From contig CM000150.2 of assembly GCA_000004695.1 (NCBI GenBank), positions 1,440,001-1,504,000 on the forward strand: DNA of 64,000 nt, in the 5' to 3' direction. Positions within the stretch are counted from its first letter, which is position 1, and each line of letters starts with the position of its first letter. Below, piece after piece: positions 10,677 to 29,083 of this stretch. The position numbers and the translations under genes are program-made. This stretch comes from Dictyostelium discoideum. Its lineage: Eukaryota. The notes beneath the pieces are model-generated. The model was not told where the DNA came from. It ran no database searches and saw nothing but the letters and a program-made list of their open reading frames with translations.

Positions 10677-12718
10677 TTATTTTTTTGATTTTTTTGATTT
10701 TTTTTCTTCTGGTTCTTCATCTCTATCCTTTCTCTTTTTATCTTCTTTTGATGATGATTTCTTTTCTTTCTTTTCTTCTTTTTCTTTTTTATCTTCTTTT
10801 GATGATGATTTCTTTTCTTTCTTTTCCTTCTTTTCTTCTTTTTCTTCTTTCTTTTCTTTCTTTTCTTTTTTATCTTTCTTTTCTTCTTTCTCTTCTTTCT
10901 TTTCTTTCTTTTCTTTCTTTTCTTCTTTGGCGACTGGAGTTTCTTCAGTCTTTTCTTTCTTATCTTTCTTTTCTTTCTTTTCTTCTTTTTTATCTTCTTT
11001 TTCTTCTTTCTTTTCTTTTTTATCTTTCTTTTCTTTCTTTTCCTCCTTTTCTTTCTTTTCCTCTTTGGCAACTGGAGTTTCTTCTTTCTTTGATTTCTTT
11101 TCTTTCTTCTCCTCTTTGGCAACTGGAGTTTCTTCTTTCTTTGATTTCTTTGATTTTTTTGATTTTTCTTCTTCAGAGGAATCAGAATCGGATGATGAGT
11201 CAGAGTCAGATGATGAGGCTTCTTCCATTTTAACGTCTTGTTTCTCTTGTTTAATTGATGATTCTTTTGAGGATTTAGTGGCAACATCTCTGGTGGTATT
11301 TGTAGTGGCAGATTTAGTATGATCATATTTGGCGACATTACCAGATTTCTCTGGTTTGACGGCATTTAATGATTTTCTAACTTCACGACCTTCAATAGCA
11401 GCGGCTCTACGATCAACAGCACCTTTGTAAGCGATACCATAACTTGTATCACTGACTTCACAGAGAGCATCGAAACGAGCGGATAAAGCAGCTTTAGCGG
11501 CGAGAACTCTAGACATTTTACCTTTGTTCTTTAATGAAGCTTCACCGACGATCTTGGCATTATAGATGAGACCATATTTTGGAGTGTTATGTTTAGTTTT
11601 AAGGGCACGGAAGAGGGCTTTTTCAGCACCGAGAATTTGAATGGTTGAAGCTGGATATTTGGCTAAATTCATCAATGAACCAGCACGACAAATTAAACGA
11701 GCACCAACGATTTCACCAACTAAAATTGTAAGATTTGGAGCGATAGCTTCCATACGAGATTTAAGGTACTCGGTTAATTCGGTGTGGTAAGCTTGAATGG
11801 AAAGGAATTGATCGCAAAGGGCAAAGATATGATCGAGATCCTCTGGTGAAATTTCAGTACCCATAGAGATTTGAGCGGCTTCTTTAACTTCTTCGGCAAC
11901 TTCCTCTGGGAGGATATCGGTGAAATCGGTATCGACAGCAGACTTTCTGTTACCCATTGCCTTGATGGCGTTGGCGTATTGGGTATGATTGGTGATCAAT
12001 TTACCCAACTCTGGGAAATGCCATCCGTACCATTCACGAGCTCTCATTGCGTAAATGTTGATTTCGGTAGTCAAATCATCCAATAATGAGATGGCTTGAA
12101 CGATCATTGTATCGACCTTATCTGGTGAGAACTTTAATTTATATCTACTGTATGAATGTGATAAACCAATTGACATGGCATTCAAATCTTGTTCATTTGC
12201 ATTGACCAATGATTTCAATTGTAAACGAATACCTCTAATCAACTCTTGAGTAGTATCATCACATAAAACTTTGATATTTAATGCGTCCTTGATTGCATTA
12301 CCAAATTTACTATCACTAACAATTAATTGTTCATTTAATTTCTCACTAACAACATTCTTTTTTAAAAAGTTTGATAATGATTCTGGAACTTTACATTCTG
12401 CAATTGCAGTTTGTGCTTCTAATGCATCTAATGTACCATCAAATTTATAAAATTTCTTTAATGAAACACTATTTTTTTAAAAAAAATAAATAAATAAAAT
12501 TTATTAATATTTATTTTTAAAATTTAAAAAAATAATAATAATAATTGTTGAAAAAAAAAAAAAAAATAAAAATAAAAAAAAAAAAAAACTTACAATGAGG
12601 AAGCTTTTTCTGGGGTTTCGAAAAAGTTATTGATGTCAACTGGTTTTGATTTCATTTTACCTTCATCCAAAACCTTGAATAAGGCAAAACCTGCTGATGT
12701 TTCAAATAATACTAACAT
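10677..12718 (-). CDS. nop58: Nucleolar protein NOP58 (box C/D snoRNP core protein); 2 exons: 12718-12594, 12468-10677
   Basis: Exon 1 MLVLFETSAGFALFKVLDEGK matches the NOP58 N-terminus (MLVLFETSxGYAIFKV). Main ORF 10677..12242 carries the NOSIC/Nop domain (AMRAREWYGWHFPELGK, ILGAEKALFRALKTKHNTPKYGLIYNA). The C-terminal KKE/D repeat tail is typical of Nop58. Donor TT|GTAAGT at 12593 and acceptor AATAG before 12468 are in phase (TT+T = Phe). Confidence 0.9.
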
Positions 12719-12990
12719 TTTATAAATATATAATCCAGTTATAGCCTAATTTAATGCTACCTTTATTTATATGTTAGTTATCGTTTTTTTGAAAAAAAAA
12801 AAAAAATAAAAAAAAAAAATTCGAAAAAAAATTTGTCAAAAAAAAAAATAAAAAAAATAAAAAAAAAAAAATAAAAAAAAATAAAAAAAAATAATAAAAA
12901 AAATGAAAATAAATAAAAAAACGAACGAATCAAAAAAAAAAAAAAAAAAAAATAAATAAATAAAATTAATGATTTAAAAAGTTTTTTTTT

Positions 12991-13031
<41 letters not shown>

Positions 13032-13035
13032 ATTT

Positions 13036-14418
13036 TTAAAATTTACAATAATTTTGATGTCTTGGAATTGGAATTACATCTTTTATATTTTGTAAACCAG
13101 TAACAAATTGTAAAAATCTTTCAAAACCTAAACCAAAACCACCATGTGGTACAGTACCATATTTCCTTAAATCTAAATACCAAGAGTATTGATCTTTATC
13201 CATACCCATTTCATTGATTGTATTTAATAATTTATCATATCTTTCCTCTCTAATACTTCCACCAATTAATTCACCAACGGTTGGTACTAATAAATCCATA
13301 TTTGAAACGGTTGGCATTATATTTGAATGGTCGGTTTGTTCATTTTCTCTCATATAGAATGGTTTAATTGATTTTGGCCAATTGATTACGAAAACTGGAA
13401 TTTCGCCAAAATGAGTTGTAATGAATTTCTCTTGTTCTCTTTGAATATCGTCACCCCATTTTATTGGATGATTATTGTTTTGTAATAGTTGAATAGCATC
13501 TTTATACTCCAAACGAATGAATGGGGTTGATAAAGTTTTTTCAAGTCTTGATAGTAGATTGGTGTCGATTCTCTTATTAAAGAATTCGATATCCTCTTTA
13601 CAACTATCCAACAGATTTCTAATTAAATACTTACAAAAGTCCTCAGCAATATCTAAATTATCATTTAAATCAATGAATGCCATCTCTGGTTCTATCATCC
13701 AAAATTCTGATAAATGTCTTGGTGTATTTGATTTCTCTGCTCTAAAAGTTGGACCAAACGTATAGACTCTGGAATGCGAGCATGCGTAGATCTCTGCCTC
13801 CAATTGGCCCGACACTGTAAGGAACGAAGGTTGTCCGAAAAACATGGACTCTTTGGTGTCCAATGATGATTTGATTTGAAATTGCTCGCCACCACCTTCA
13901 CAATCGCTCGCGGTGATAATGGGCGTGTGCACATTGATGAATCCATTATCATTGAAATATTGATGAATTAATTGGGTTGACTTATTTCTAACTCTAAGTA
14001 ATGCACCAATGGAATTACCTCTACTACGAATGTGCGCTATATCTCTAAGGAACTCAAATGAATGGTTCTTTGGTTGCAATGGATAACAGTCTGGACAATT
14101 ACCAATTAATTTGTATGGTTCAGTTAATTGAACCTCGATTGCTTCCTTATCATTACCCAAACTATTAATTAATTTACCATTTACTTCAATTGATGACCCA
14201 TATTTTAATTTCGAAAAACTGTCTTTATCTCCCACAATCTGTAAACCCTTTATTGATGATCCATCACCCAATTCAATAAAACTAACACTCTTTTGATTTC
14301 TAATATTCCTAACCCAACCTTTAACTTTAATTTCTTTACCAATTAAATCTTTATTATTTTTATTAATTTCATTAATTCTAATTGGCCATTTATAAAATCT
14401 TTTAATTATATTATTCAT
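13036..14418 (-). CDS. Asparagine--tRNA ligase, bacterial/organellar type (probably mitochondrial); single exon
   Basis: A 460-aa intronless ORF carries class II aaRS motif 2 (TFGPTFRAEKSNTPRHLSEFWMIEPE, nearly identical to E. coli AsnS RHLAEFWMLEPE) and motif 3 (GGFGLGFERF). An N-terminal anticodon-binding OB fold (KVKGWVRNIRNQKSVSFIEL) is present. Confidence 0.9.
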   Translation of the reverse strand: MNNIIKRFYKWPIRINEINKNNKDLIGKEIKVKGWVRNIRNQKSVSFIELGDGSSIKGLQIVGDKDSFSKLKYGSSIEVNGKLINSLGNDKEAIEVQLTEPYKLIGNCPDCYPLQPKNHSFEFLRDIAHIRSRGNSIGALLRVRNKSTQLIHQYFNDNGFINVHTPIITASDCEGGGEQFQIKSSLDTKESMFFGQPSFLTVSGQLEAEIYACSHSRVYTFGPTFRAEKSNTPRHLSEFWMIEPEMAFIDLNDNLDIAEDFCKYLIRNLLDSCKEDIEFFNKRIDTNLLSRLEKTLSTPFIRLEYKDAIQLLQNNNHPIKWGDDIQREQEKFITTHFGEIPVFVINWPKSIKPFYMRENEQTDHSNIMPTVSNMDLLVPTVGELIGGSIREERYDKLLNTINEMGMDKDQYSWYLDLRKYGTVPHGGFGLGFERFLQFVTGLQNIKDVIPIPRHQNYCKF

Positions 14419-14971
14419 TTATTATTATTACTTGTTTAAAAAAAAAATAAAAAAATAAAAAAAAAAATTTAATTTAAAAAAAATAAAAAAATAAAAAACT
14501 CGAGTTTTTTTTTATTTAAATGATTATTTTTTTTTTTTATTCATTTTTTTTTTTTTCTTTTTTTTTTTTTTAAAAAAAAAATTATTTAATTTTTAATAAT
14601 GAAACTAATGTCTATAAAAGTAGATTTTAAAAACTGGGATTAATAAAAAAAGAAATAATAAAAAAAATATATATTTAAAAAAAAATTTTATTTTTTTTTT
14701 TTTATTTTTTTATATTTTTTTTTTTGAAAAAATTTTTTTTTTTGTTTTTTTTTTATTTTTTTATTTTTTTTTTTATTTTTTTTTTATTTTTTTTTTTTTT
14801 TTTATTACACCAAACAAACTTGATTTTAAAAAAAAAAACAACAAATATATATTTATATATATATTATATCTGTTGTTTTCATATTAGTCCCAAAAACATT
14901 ATTTAATTAATTTAAATTCTTTTTTTTTTTTTTCAATTTTTTTTATTCTTTTTTTTATTCATTTATATATT

Positions 14972-15026
<55 letters not shown>

Positions 15027-15101
15027 ACAACACAAGAACAACAACAAAAAATAAAAAATAAAAAATTTAAAATATAAAAAGATACTCACACACAAAAAAT
15101 A

Positions 15102-20921
<5,820 letters not shown>

Positions 20922-21474
20922 AAATAATTTGTTGGAAAATTTATTAATAAATTTAAAAATATAAAAAAAAAAAAAAAAAAAAATTTTTTTAATCATTGTT
21001 TATTGTGTTTAAAAAATAAAATAATTTCAAATAACAAATAACAAATGTTTGGATTTTATTTTGAATTTTTAAAAAAAAGATTTTTTTTTTTTTTTGTTTT
21101 TTTTTATTTTCCCAAAAAAAAAGTTTTAAAATTACAAATTTGCCTGGTCAGATTGAAATTACCCACCCCACACATTGTGGGTATATAAAAATTTATATAT
21201 ATATAGAATAATAAATAATGGTTTAAAAAGATAAAAAAACTGAATATGAAAAAAGAAAGAAAAAAAAAAAAAACATTTGCCAATTGTGATATTATTTTAT
21301 TTTTTATTTTTTTATGATTTCTTTTTAAATTTCACACAATTTTTTATTTTTTTTTTTATTATTTTCATTTTTTTTTAAATTGCAATTTTTTTTTTTTTTT
21401 TTTTTTTTCTTTTTCATTTTTTTTTTTTTTTTTTTTTCTTTTTCAATTTCATCATTTTCCCATTAAAACAAACA

Positions 21475-21532
21475 ATGTCTTCATCAAGATTAATTAAATG
21501 TTTAAGTTCAAACAATTGTTAGTATTGAACAA

Positions 21533-21563
<31 letters not shown>

Positions 21564-21880
21564 GAAACTTAATAATTTATTAATATATTTTTTTCTTTTC
21601 TTTTCTTTTTTTTTTTATTATTTAATCAATTTTATCTTTTTAGATATTGTTAGATCTTTCTCAAAATCATCAATTCCAACCACACCAACACCAGATTTTC
21701 CAGGTGAATATAAAGAACCAATTGTAAAGACACAAATCCCAGGTCCACAATCTAAAGCTTTAATTGAAAGATTAAATAAACTCCAAGATCCAAGAGCTGC
21801 TCATTTCTTTGCTGATTATGCGTATGTATAAAATAGTATTATATTTGATTTTTAAAATTTTTAAAAATATTAATATAAAA

Positions 21881-21912
<32 letters not shown>

Positions 21913-23206
21913 TTATAAAAAAAATTAAAATATAAATAGAAATTCAAGAGGTAATTATATTTCAGATGTTGATGGTAATATTTTATTAGATTTATATTGT
22001 CAAATTGCATCAATTCCAATTGGTTATAATAATCCAGAATTAATTAAAGCAGCAAAATCTGATAGATGGGTATCAGCAATTATTAATCGTCCATCATTGG
22101 GTGTACTTCCACCAAAGGATTGGCCAGCATTAATTGAGAATTCATTTATGCAAGTATCACCAAAAGGTTTGAATCAAGTATTCACAGCAATGTGTGGATC
22201 ATGTGCAAATGAATGTGCCTACAAAGCAGTTTTCATGCATTATCAACATGTTAAACGTGGTGGTAAACCATTTACACCAGAGGAGTTATCATCATGTATG
22301 AAGAATCAAGAGCCAGGTTCACCATCACTTTCAATTCTCTCCTTTAAGAAGGGTTTCCATGGTCGTACTTTTGGTACACTCTCAACCACTCGTTCAAAGG
22401 CAATTCATAAACTCGATATTCCAGCTTTCGATTGGCCAGCTGCAACCTTCCCAGATCTTAAATATCCATTGGCTGAACATGCTAAAGAGAATAGAGAAAT
22501 CGAAGATAGATGTTTACAAGAGGTTGAACAACTCATTAAAACATGGCATATCCCAGTCGCTGGTATCATCGTTGAACCAATTCAAGCTGAAGGTGGTGAT
22601 AACTATGCCACTCCTTACTTCTTCCAAGGCTTAAGAGATATCACCAAGAAACATGGTGTCTCTATGATCGTCGATGAAGTTCAAACTGGTATGGGTGCCA
22701 CTGGTAAATTCTGGGCTCACGAACATTGGAATCTCACCTCTCCACCAGATATTGTCACCTTCTCAAAGAAGATGCAAGCCGCTGGTTTCTATCATAATTT
22801 GGATTACCGTCCATCCGAATCCTATCGTAACTTTAACACTTGGATGGGTGATCCAGTTAGAGCTCTCGAATTAGAGGTTGTCATTGGTGAAATCAAAAAG
22901 AATCATCTCCTCGATAATGTTGTCATCACTGGTAACTACCTCAAGGATGGTCTCTTTGATATTGCCGCTCGTTATCCAGGTTTAATTCAAAATATTAGAG
23001 GTGAAGGTACTTTCTTGGCTATTGATTTCCCAACACCAGCTGAACGTGATCGTGTCATCTCTCACATTCGTTTATTAGGTGTTGAAATGGGTGGTTGTGG
23101 TGAAAGATCAATTCGTTTCCGTCCAATGTTAGTTTGTCAACCATCTCACATTAATCAATTCCTTAATCGTTTCGATCAAACAATGAAAGAATTATATAAA
23201 AATTAA
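21475..23206 (+). CDS. gabT: 4-aminobutyrate aminotransferase (GABA transaminase, class III PLP aminotransferase), mitochondrial; 3 exons: 21475-21517, 21644-21821, 21940-23206
   Basis: Exons 2 and 3 align residue-by-residue by eye with animal ABAT (PGPQSKALIERLNKLQDPRAAHFFADYA|NSRGNYISDVDGN...; SILSFKKGFHGRTFG; IVEPIQAEGGDN; VDEVQTGMGATGKFWAHEHW; TFSKKMQAAGF with the PLP lysine; GEGTFLAIDF; GGCGERSIRFRP). Donor GC|GTATGT and acceptor ATAG|A are in phase. A short first exon MSSSRLIKCLSSNN is a plausible mitochondrial presequence but uses a weak GTTAGT donor (lower confidence). Confidence 0.85.
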
Positions 23207-23478
23207 AAAAAAACAACCATTTTGATGAAATAATACAATATTATTTTTCTTTTTCAATTATTTTCATCACAATTGTATTATTTAATATCTATAAATATTT
23301 TTTTAAATTTAAATTTAAATTTAAATTTTATATATAAAAAATAAAAAAATAAAAAATAAAAAAAATTAGAAAAACTATATAATAAATAAATATATTTTAT
23401 ATATATGAATAATTTTTTTTTTTATTAATTTTTTTTTTTAATTTAAATTTATATATTAAATTTTTTTTTTTTTTTTTT

Positions 23479-23865
23479 TTATGAATAAGTTATTGATTTC
23501 ATTGTTAAATTAACTTTTTCAATACCAAATACAATAAAATAAAATATATGAGAACTATAAGAATCAATTGAATTTGTTCCAGATGGTAAAGTTAGTTCAC
23601 CATTTGGTGATAATTTAATATTCCAAATTGAATCAATATCACGTAAGCAAAATGTATAATCTGTTGAAATTATTATTGATTTAATAATTTTTGGAGAATT
23701 GTTGAAAATATTAATTGAATATTGTGTAATAATTTGACCATCTTGTTCCCAATTTCCAATTGCTTTTTGTGTAATAATACAGTTTTCAAATTTATTCAAT
23801 TTTTCAGTTTTTGATGAAACAATTGCAATAAATAATAATATAACACAAACTATTGAAACTTTCAT
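23479..23865 (-). CDS. Small secreted protein (128 aa) with signal peptide; possible carbohydrate-binding-like beta domain
   Basis: Single ORF with MKVSIVCVILLFIAIVSS as an N-terminal signal. An alternating polar/hydrophobic pattern (W.QDGQIITQYSINIFNNS..IKSIIIS...W.IKLSPNGELTLPSG) is typical of small Dictyostelium secreted beta-sandwich domains. No paralog is present in the window. Confidence 0.45.
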   Translation of the reverse strand: MKVSIVCVILLFIAIVSSKTEKLNKFENCIITQKAIGNWEQDGQIITQYSINIFNNSPKIIKSIIISTDYTFCLRDIDSIWNIKLSPNGELTLPSGTNSIDSYSSHIFYFIVFGIEKVNLTMKSITYS

Positions 23866-24451
23866 TTTATACTATTATATTTTTTATTAATATTCTTTTA
23901 ATAGTTTTTATTATAAAATTATTATTTTAAAATTTTTTGTTTATTATTTATTATAAATTTTTTGGTTTAAATGACTGCTATTATTTTTAAATTTATTTTT
24001 AAATTTTTTTTATTTTTTTTTTTTGGGGTTATTACTAATATTTTTTTTTTTTGTGTTGTTACCAATATTTTTTTATTATTTTTGTTTGAATTCCTCATAC
24101 ACTATATTATGTAACTCTTATTATTAAAAATTCAAATAATTATTAGATTAAAAGAAATAATAAAAATATTTTTAATTTTTTAAATTACAAAATAATACTC
24201 TTTCATTTAAAATGTACCACAATTAATTAAAAATTATTTGTAGAGGAATAATTATGTACAAATTAGTTTATTATAAAAAAAAAAAAAAATAATAATAATA
24301 ATAAAAAAAAAAAAAAAAGATAAATTACAATTAAAATAATTTTTTTTATTTTATTTATTTAATTGTTTTAATAATTTTAAATTTGATTCGAATTTTATAT
24401 TTGTTTGGTAAAACTTCTAATTGATTGTAGTAATAATTCATCATCTACCTT

Positions 24452-24660
24452 TCATAATGTCAAAGTGCATAGATAAATCTTTCCTTTCTCTGGCAATGGA
24501 TAGGCAGTGATTTTTATTAAATTCTACATATTTCTTTTCAAAAGGAAATTGCTTGAAAATTAGTTTTCTTTTTTTAAAATTATTTTAATAGTTGTATTAT
24601 AATGGACCATTAACCTTTCAAATGATATAGTGCATAGATAAATCTTTCCTTTCTCTATCA
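24452..24660. repeat. Pair of about 43-nt direct repeats (about 85% identical) separated by about 115 nt
   Basis: cctttcataatgtcaaagtgcatagataaatctttcctttctct (24452-24495) and cctttcaaatgatatagtgcatagataaatctttcctttctct (24612-24655). Their composition is unlike the surrounding poly-A/T sequence. Confidence 0.7.
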
Positions 24661-25334
24661 TTTTTGTGAGGCTTTGATACATTTAATCTACATTTTAAAA
24701 TTTTTAAAACTTTTTTTATTATTAAAGTTAGAATTATTTTTATTTAAATATATATTTTTATTTATTATTTTTAATATTTTACCTTTATTTATTTTTAATT
24801 GTTTATATTTGTTTAGAATGATTTTTTTTTTTTTTTTCAAAAATTTAATCTATTTATACTTTCCCATTTTTTATTAAAATTTTAAATTATAGATTTAGAT
24901 GAAATTTAAAAATTAATTTTTACTCTATTTATCAAATCCGATTGCAAAATAAAAAATTACCTAATTTAGAATTATTTTAAATTCCAAAAATGGTAAAACG
25001 GGATTTTTTCATTTTTTTAATTAAACCCATGTTTCTCTTTTATTTTTTTTTAATAAAATCCATTTTTTAAAAAAAAAAAAATAAATATAATAAATAGAAA
25101 AAAAAATAAATCAAAATAATTTTAATTGTTTTATATTTTATATTAACACCAAAAATATCCAGTTTTCAATACTCGAATTTTAAAACGGGCTCCCAAGATG
25201 ATGTTTTTTCGAGTTTTAATAAAGCCCGCAAAAGATAATTTTTTTTTATTTTTTTTTAAAAGAAAAAAAAAAAAAAAAAAAAATTAAAAATCAAAAACCA
25301 AAAATCAAAACCAAAATATATTTGTATTTTCAAA

Positions 25335-25767
25335 ATGAATAAATCAATTTTTTTATTATTCACTTTAATTAGTTTTGTATTTTCTCAACAATTATTTGAA
25401 ATTAATTATTATCAATATGAAGAAGGCCAATGTGATGGAAGCCAAGATGGTAGTGGATCTTTAGAAGCTTGTGGCCACCCAAGTAATATTGTAAGCACAG
25501 CATATGCCAAATTTGAAGAATGTTTACTTTTCAATGTTTGTATTCAATTTAATTTTAATTTATTGCTTGTAGTAAATTTATTTATTACAACAAAAAAAAA
25601 AAAAGTTATTAATATTTATAATATATTAAATTTAGGGTGGTTTCTCAAGATTAAGTTTAGTTTCTTCAAATACAGTAAACTATACAGTATTTTATCATGG
25701 TTGTGATGAGTAAATATATTAATATATATAAATAATTTAATATAAATTACAATCCACTAACAATTGG

Positions 25768-25798
<31 letters not shown>

Positions 25799-26195
25799 AG
25801 TACAACAAAGTGAAATTATAGAAATTGGATCATGCTATGCAAATTGTCAAGATGCAGCTGCTCAAAATTCATTTTCAATCTCAATTATTGATGAATCATC
25901 AGTTGTAATTCCAAATTCAAATTCTTTTGCAACTATTTATTATGGTGGAGATTGTAATGGTGATTGGAAATCCAATTATACTTTTATTGAATTTATGAAT
26001 ACTAATATATGTGTAAATGAAGGTGTTTATGGTTCGTTAATGTTAAAGTGCAATCCAATTATAAACCAACTCACTATTCATTCTTATGATACACAAAATT
26101 GTGAAGATCAATTATCAGCAACTGAAGTTCCATTGTCACTAGAAAACTGCAACTATTTTAATGATGACATGAATATGGCATTATATTGCAATTAA
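25335..26195 (+). CDS. Secreted cysteine-containing hypothetical protein (about 226 aa); 3 exons: 25335-25535, 25636-25709, 25796-26195
   Basis: Signal peptide MNKSIFLLFTLISFVFSQQ. Donors AAT|GTTTGT and GA|GTAAAT and acceptors TTTAG|GG and TAAAG|AG link ORF 25335.. with ORF ..26195 in phase (GA+A = Glu). Paired cysteines are spread through the protein. The product identity is unknown. Confidence 0.45.
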
Positions 26196-26528
26196 TAAAA
26201 TAAAACTAAAACTAAAAATATTATAAAAATTAAACATAAAGATGATATATTATAATTTAATTGATGAATGTATAAAAAACAAGAAAATATATATTTTCAT
26301 TTTTTTATTTTAATTTTTTAAATTGAAGATAAAGAATATTCTCTTACTCCCTTTATAATTGATAATCTTTCACCTAATGATTTTATTCCAATCTCTTTTA
26401 AATGATTCTCTGTTAATAAATGAAAAACTGTTGAATCAATTTCCTCTTCTATAAATCTATTTACATATTTTGACATTCCAATACTATTTAAAAAATATTT
26501 TACATCTATTTAAAACAATAATAAATAA

Positions 26529-26825
26529 TTAATATTTGAAATAATAAAACCAAAAAGCTATAATAATAACAACAATACCTTTTTTTTGTGATTCAGTTAA
26601 ACAACTATCTCTATATTTATCACTTTCTTTCCTATTATTTATATTATTTATATTATTATTATTATTTTCATTATTCTTAAAGGATGGAAATTGTGGTAAA
26701 ACTGTATGATTATTATTTTCTATATTCTTTGATTTTAATTGTATGTTTGCAGAAATTTGAGAAAATGAATTTTTTATATGATCTAAATTTCTATTTGTTC
26801 TTTTATTATTATTATTATTATTTGA

Positions 26826-26876
<51 letters not shown>

Positions 26877-28004
26877 TACAATTGGTATATTAATTATATT
26901 TTGAGTTGGTATTGATTTAATTAAATGTCTATTTTTATATAATAATTCTAATTGTTCTAAATTATCCATAATTAATAATTTTTTTAAACATTGTACACCA
27001 TTACCACCACCAAATATTAAAAGTTTATTTTTTACTACAGTTGCAGAATGAGCACAACGTGCATCTGGGGCATTTACAGTTCTTAATTTCCACCATTTCC
27101 AAACTCGAGTATCTAAACCATAGATATCATTAATTACATGACCATCACCACCACCAAATATAATCATATGTGGACCAATCATATTGGCAGAATGACCTGC
27201 CCTTGGTAATGGTGTATCATCACTATCAGTCGAAAATAAAGTTTGATGTCTCCATTCATTGGTTTCAACATTAAATAAATGGAGATCATTTATCCTTTTT
27301 GTACCTGCGTGACCTGCAAATAATATTAAATGTTTACCATCACCAAAATCTACCATTGTATGACCCCATCTTGCAGACGGTATTAAATTATCATTATTTT
27401 CATTATTTTTATCATTTTTATTATTATTACTATTGATATTATTATTATTACTATTATTATTTTCTTGATTTATCTTTTTCCATTCATACTTTAATAAATC
27501 TAAACAATACATATCATTATATAATCTAATACCATCACCACCACCAAATATATATAATTTATCACCTAATAATGTTGAGGAATGTTTTGATCTACCAGAT
27601 GGTATATCACCTGTAGTATTTATACAATTCCACTCAACAGTTTCTAAAGAAAGGAAAAAAAAAAAAATATTAATATTATTATTATTGAATTTTTTAAAAT
27701 AATAAAGTACTTACTTGGATCAAAAATGAATATATCATTTAAAAAACCAGAAAATGAACCACCACCAAATACAATTAATTTACCATTATAAGAATTTAAT
27801 GAATGACCATTTCTTGGTGTTATGAAATTATTTTCAACTTTAACTTCTTCCCATTCCCATGTTTCTATATTCAATTTAAATAAATCATTTAACATTTCAT
27901 TATCATCATTCCAACCACCAAATACATATAATTCACCATCTATTGTCTCTGATTGATGGGCACATCTTGAATTGGGTTCATTTTTAATTTGTTCAACTCT
28001 CCAC

Positions 28005-28006
<2 letters not shown>
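26529..28006 (-). CDS. Kelch-repeat (beta-propeller) protein with internal poly-Asn insertions; 2 exons: 28006-27715, 27643-26529
   Basis: Repeated Kelch blades (W..v...P.R.gHs....g.klyvFGG....lNDl; for example ELYVFGGWNDDNEMLNDLFKLNIETWEWEEV, KLIVFGGGSFSGFLNDIFIFD, DKLYIFGGGDGIRLYNDMYCLDLL, HMIIFGGGDGHVINDIYGLD). Donor A|GTAAGT at 27714 and acceptor TTTAG before 27643 are in phase (A+AA = Lys), giving FDPSK|TVEWNCINTTGDIPSGR. Confidence 0.8.
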
Positions 28007-28053
<47 letters not shown>

Positions 28054-28202
28054 TTGAAACTACTATTATTATGTGTAAAATATTTTATTTATTACTATTT
28101 TATTTATTAAAATTTCGAAAAAATCATTATAACTAATTTTTTTTTTTACATTTATAGTGGTTTAAAAAAAAAAAAAATTAAAAAAAAAATAAAAAAATAA
28201 AA

Positions 28203-28237
<35 letters not shown>

Positions 28238-28364
28238 AAAATACCATTTATTTTTTTAGTGGTTTCGTTGAAACTACCAAAAAAAAAAAAGCCAAAAATA
28301 AACCCATCTCGACCCTTTAAAGATTATAATAATAAAAATATATAAAAATAAAAATAAATAAAAA

Positions 28365-28964
28365 ATGTCAAGAAAAAGTTCATATAAAGAAAGAAATCAA
28401 CCATTAGAATATACAAAAGTTGTACCAAAATTTTTAGAAAATTTAAAAAAACAAACAGAGGTTGACATAAATGCAAAATTTGAAAATTATATGAATAAAG
28501 AACGAGAAGAGGGAGAGAATAAAGATAACACAGACGAAAAAGATGATTTTGAAAAAGAAGCTATAGAAAGAGCAATTCAAGAACAAAATAGATTAGAAAA
28601 GAATTTTAATGATAATGAAAAACAAAAACAAGAGGAACTAAGAAAACAATATGAAAAAGAAAGAGAACAAAAAATTAAAGATGACCAAATTGAAGATGAA
28701 AAAGCAAAATTAGAAGGTAGAGAAAGAAAAATAATTTTTCAAAAACCCACACATTTAAATAATAATAATAATAATAAAAAAACTGATAATTCACAAAATG
28801 ATTTAAAAAAACAAGCTGAAATTGTAAAAAAAACAATAATTTCAAATAATAATAATAATTCAAAACTGAATTCAATTAAAAAAAAGGTTGAAAAGAAAAA
28901 AACAAATACAAAATTATTATCATTTGATGTTGAAGAAGAAGAAGAAGAAGAAGAAAAAGATTAA
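28365..28964 (+). CDS. Charged coiled-coil protein, KIAA1143 homolog (DUF4604-like)
   Basis: A 199-aa single ORF. The N-terminus MSRKSSYKERNQPLEYTKVVPKFLENLKK parallels human KIAA1143 ([23 protein letters not shown]). The C-terminus ...KKKTNTKLLSFDVEEEEEEEEKD parallels KIAA1143 ...KNSSLLSFDNEDENE. The middle is K/E-rich. Confidence 0.55.
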   Translation: MSRKSSYKERNQPLEYTKVVPKFLENLKKQTEVDINAKFENYMNKEREEGENKDNTDEKDDFEKEAIERAIQEQNRLEKNFNDNEKQKQEELRKQYEKEREQKIKDDQIEDEKAKLEGRERKIIFQKPTHLNNNNNNKKTDNSQNDLKKQAEIVKKTIISNNNNNSKLNSIKKKVEKKKTNTKLLSFDVEEEEEEEEKD

Positions 28965-29083
28965 TAATTAAGAATAAATTATAATATTGTACATAAAAAA
29001 AAAAAAAATACTATTATATTTATATTTATTTATTTTTTTTTTTATTTATTTTTTTATTTTTATTTTTTTATTTTTTTATTTAT

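Noticed and set aside
10664-11365. ORFs 10664..11365 (-), 10685..11233 (+) and 10927..11322 (+) encoding K/R-rich or S/F/L-rich proteins
   Set aside because: These are alternative-frame or antisense readings of the KKE/D repeat tail of nop58. The in-frame nop58 reading explains the region.
13517-13952. ORFs 13517..13765 (+) and 13695..13952 (-) inside the asnRS locus
   Set aside because: Antisense or off-frame within a well-supported 460-aa AsnRS ORF.
21130-21200. Possible DUSE-like ACCCACCCCACA + TATATAAAA upstream of gabT as a separate ncRNA promoter
   Set aside because: No structured or GC-richer RNA-like sequence follows. It is more simply the gabT promoter (ATG at 21475).
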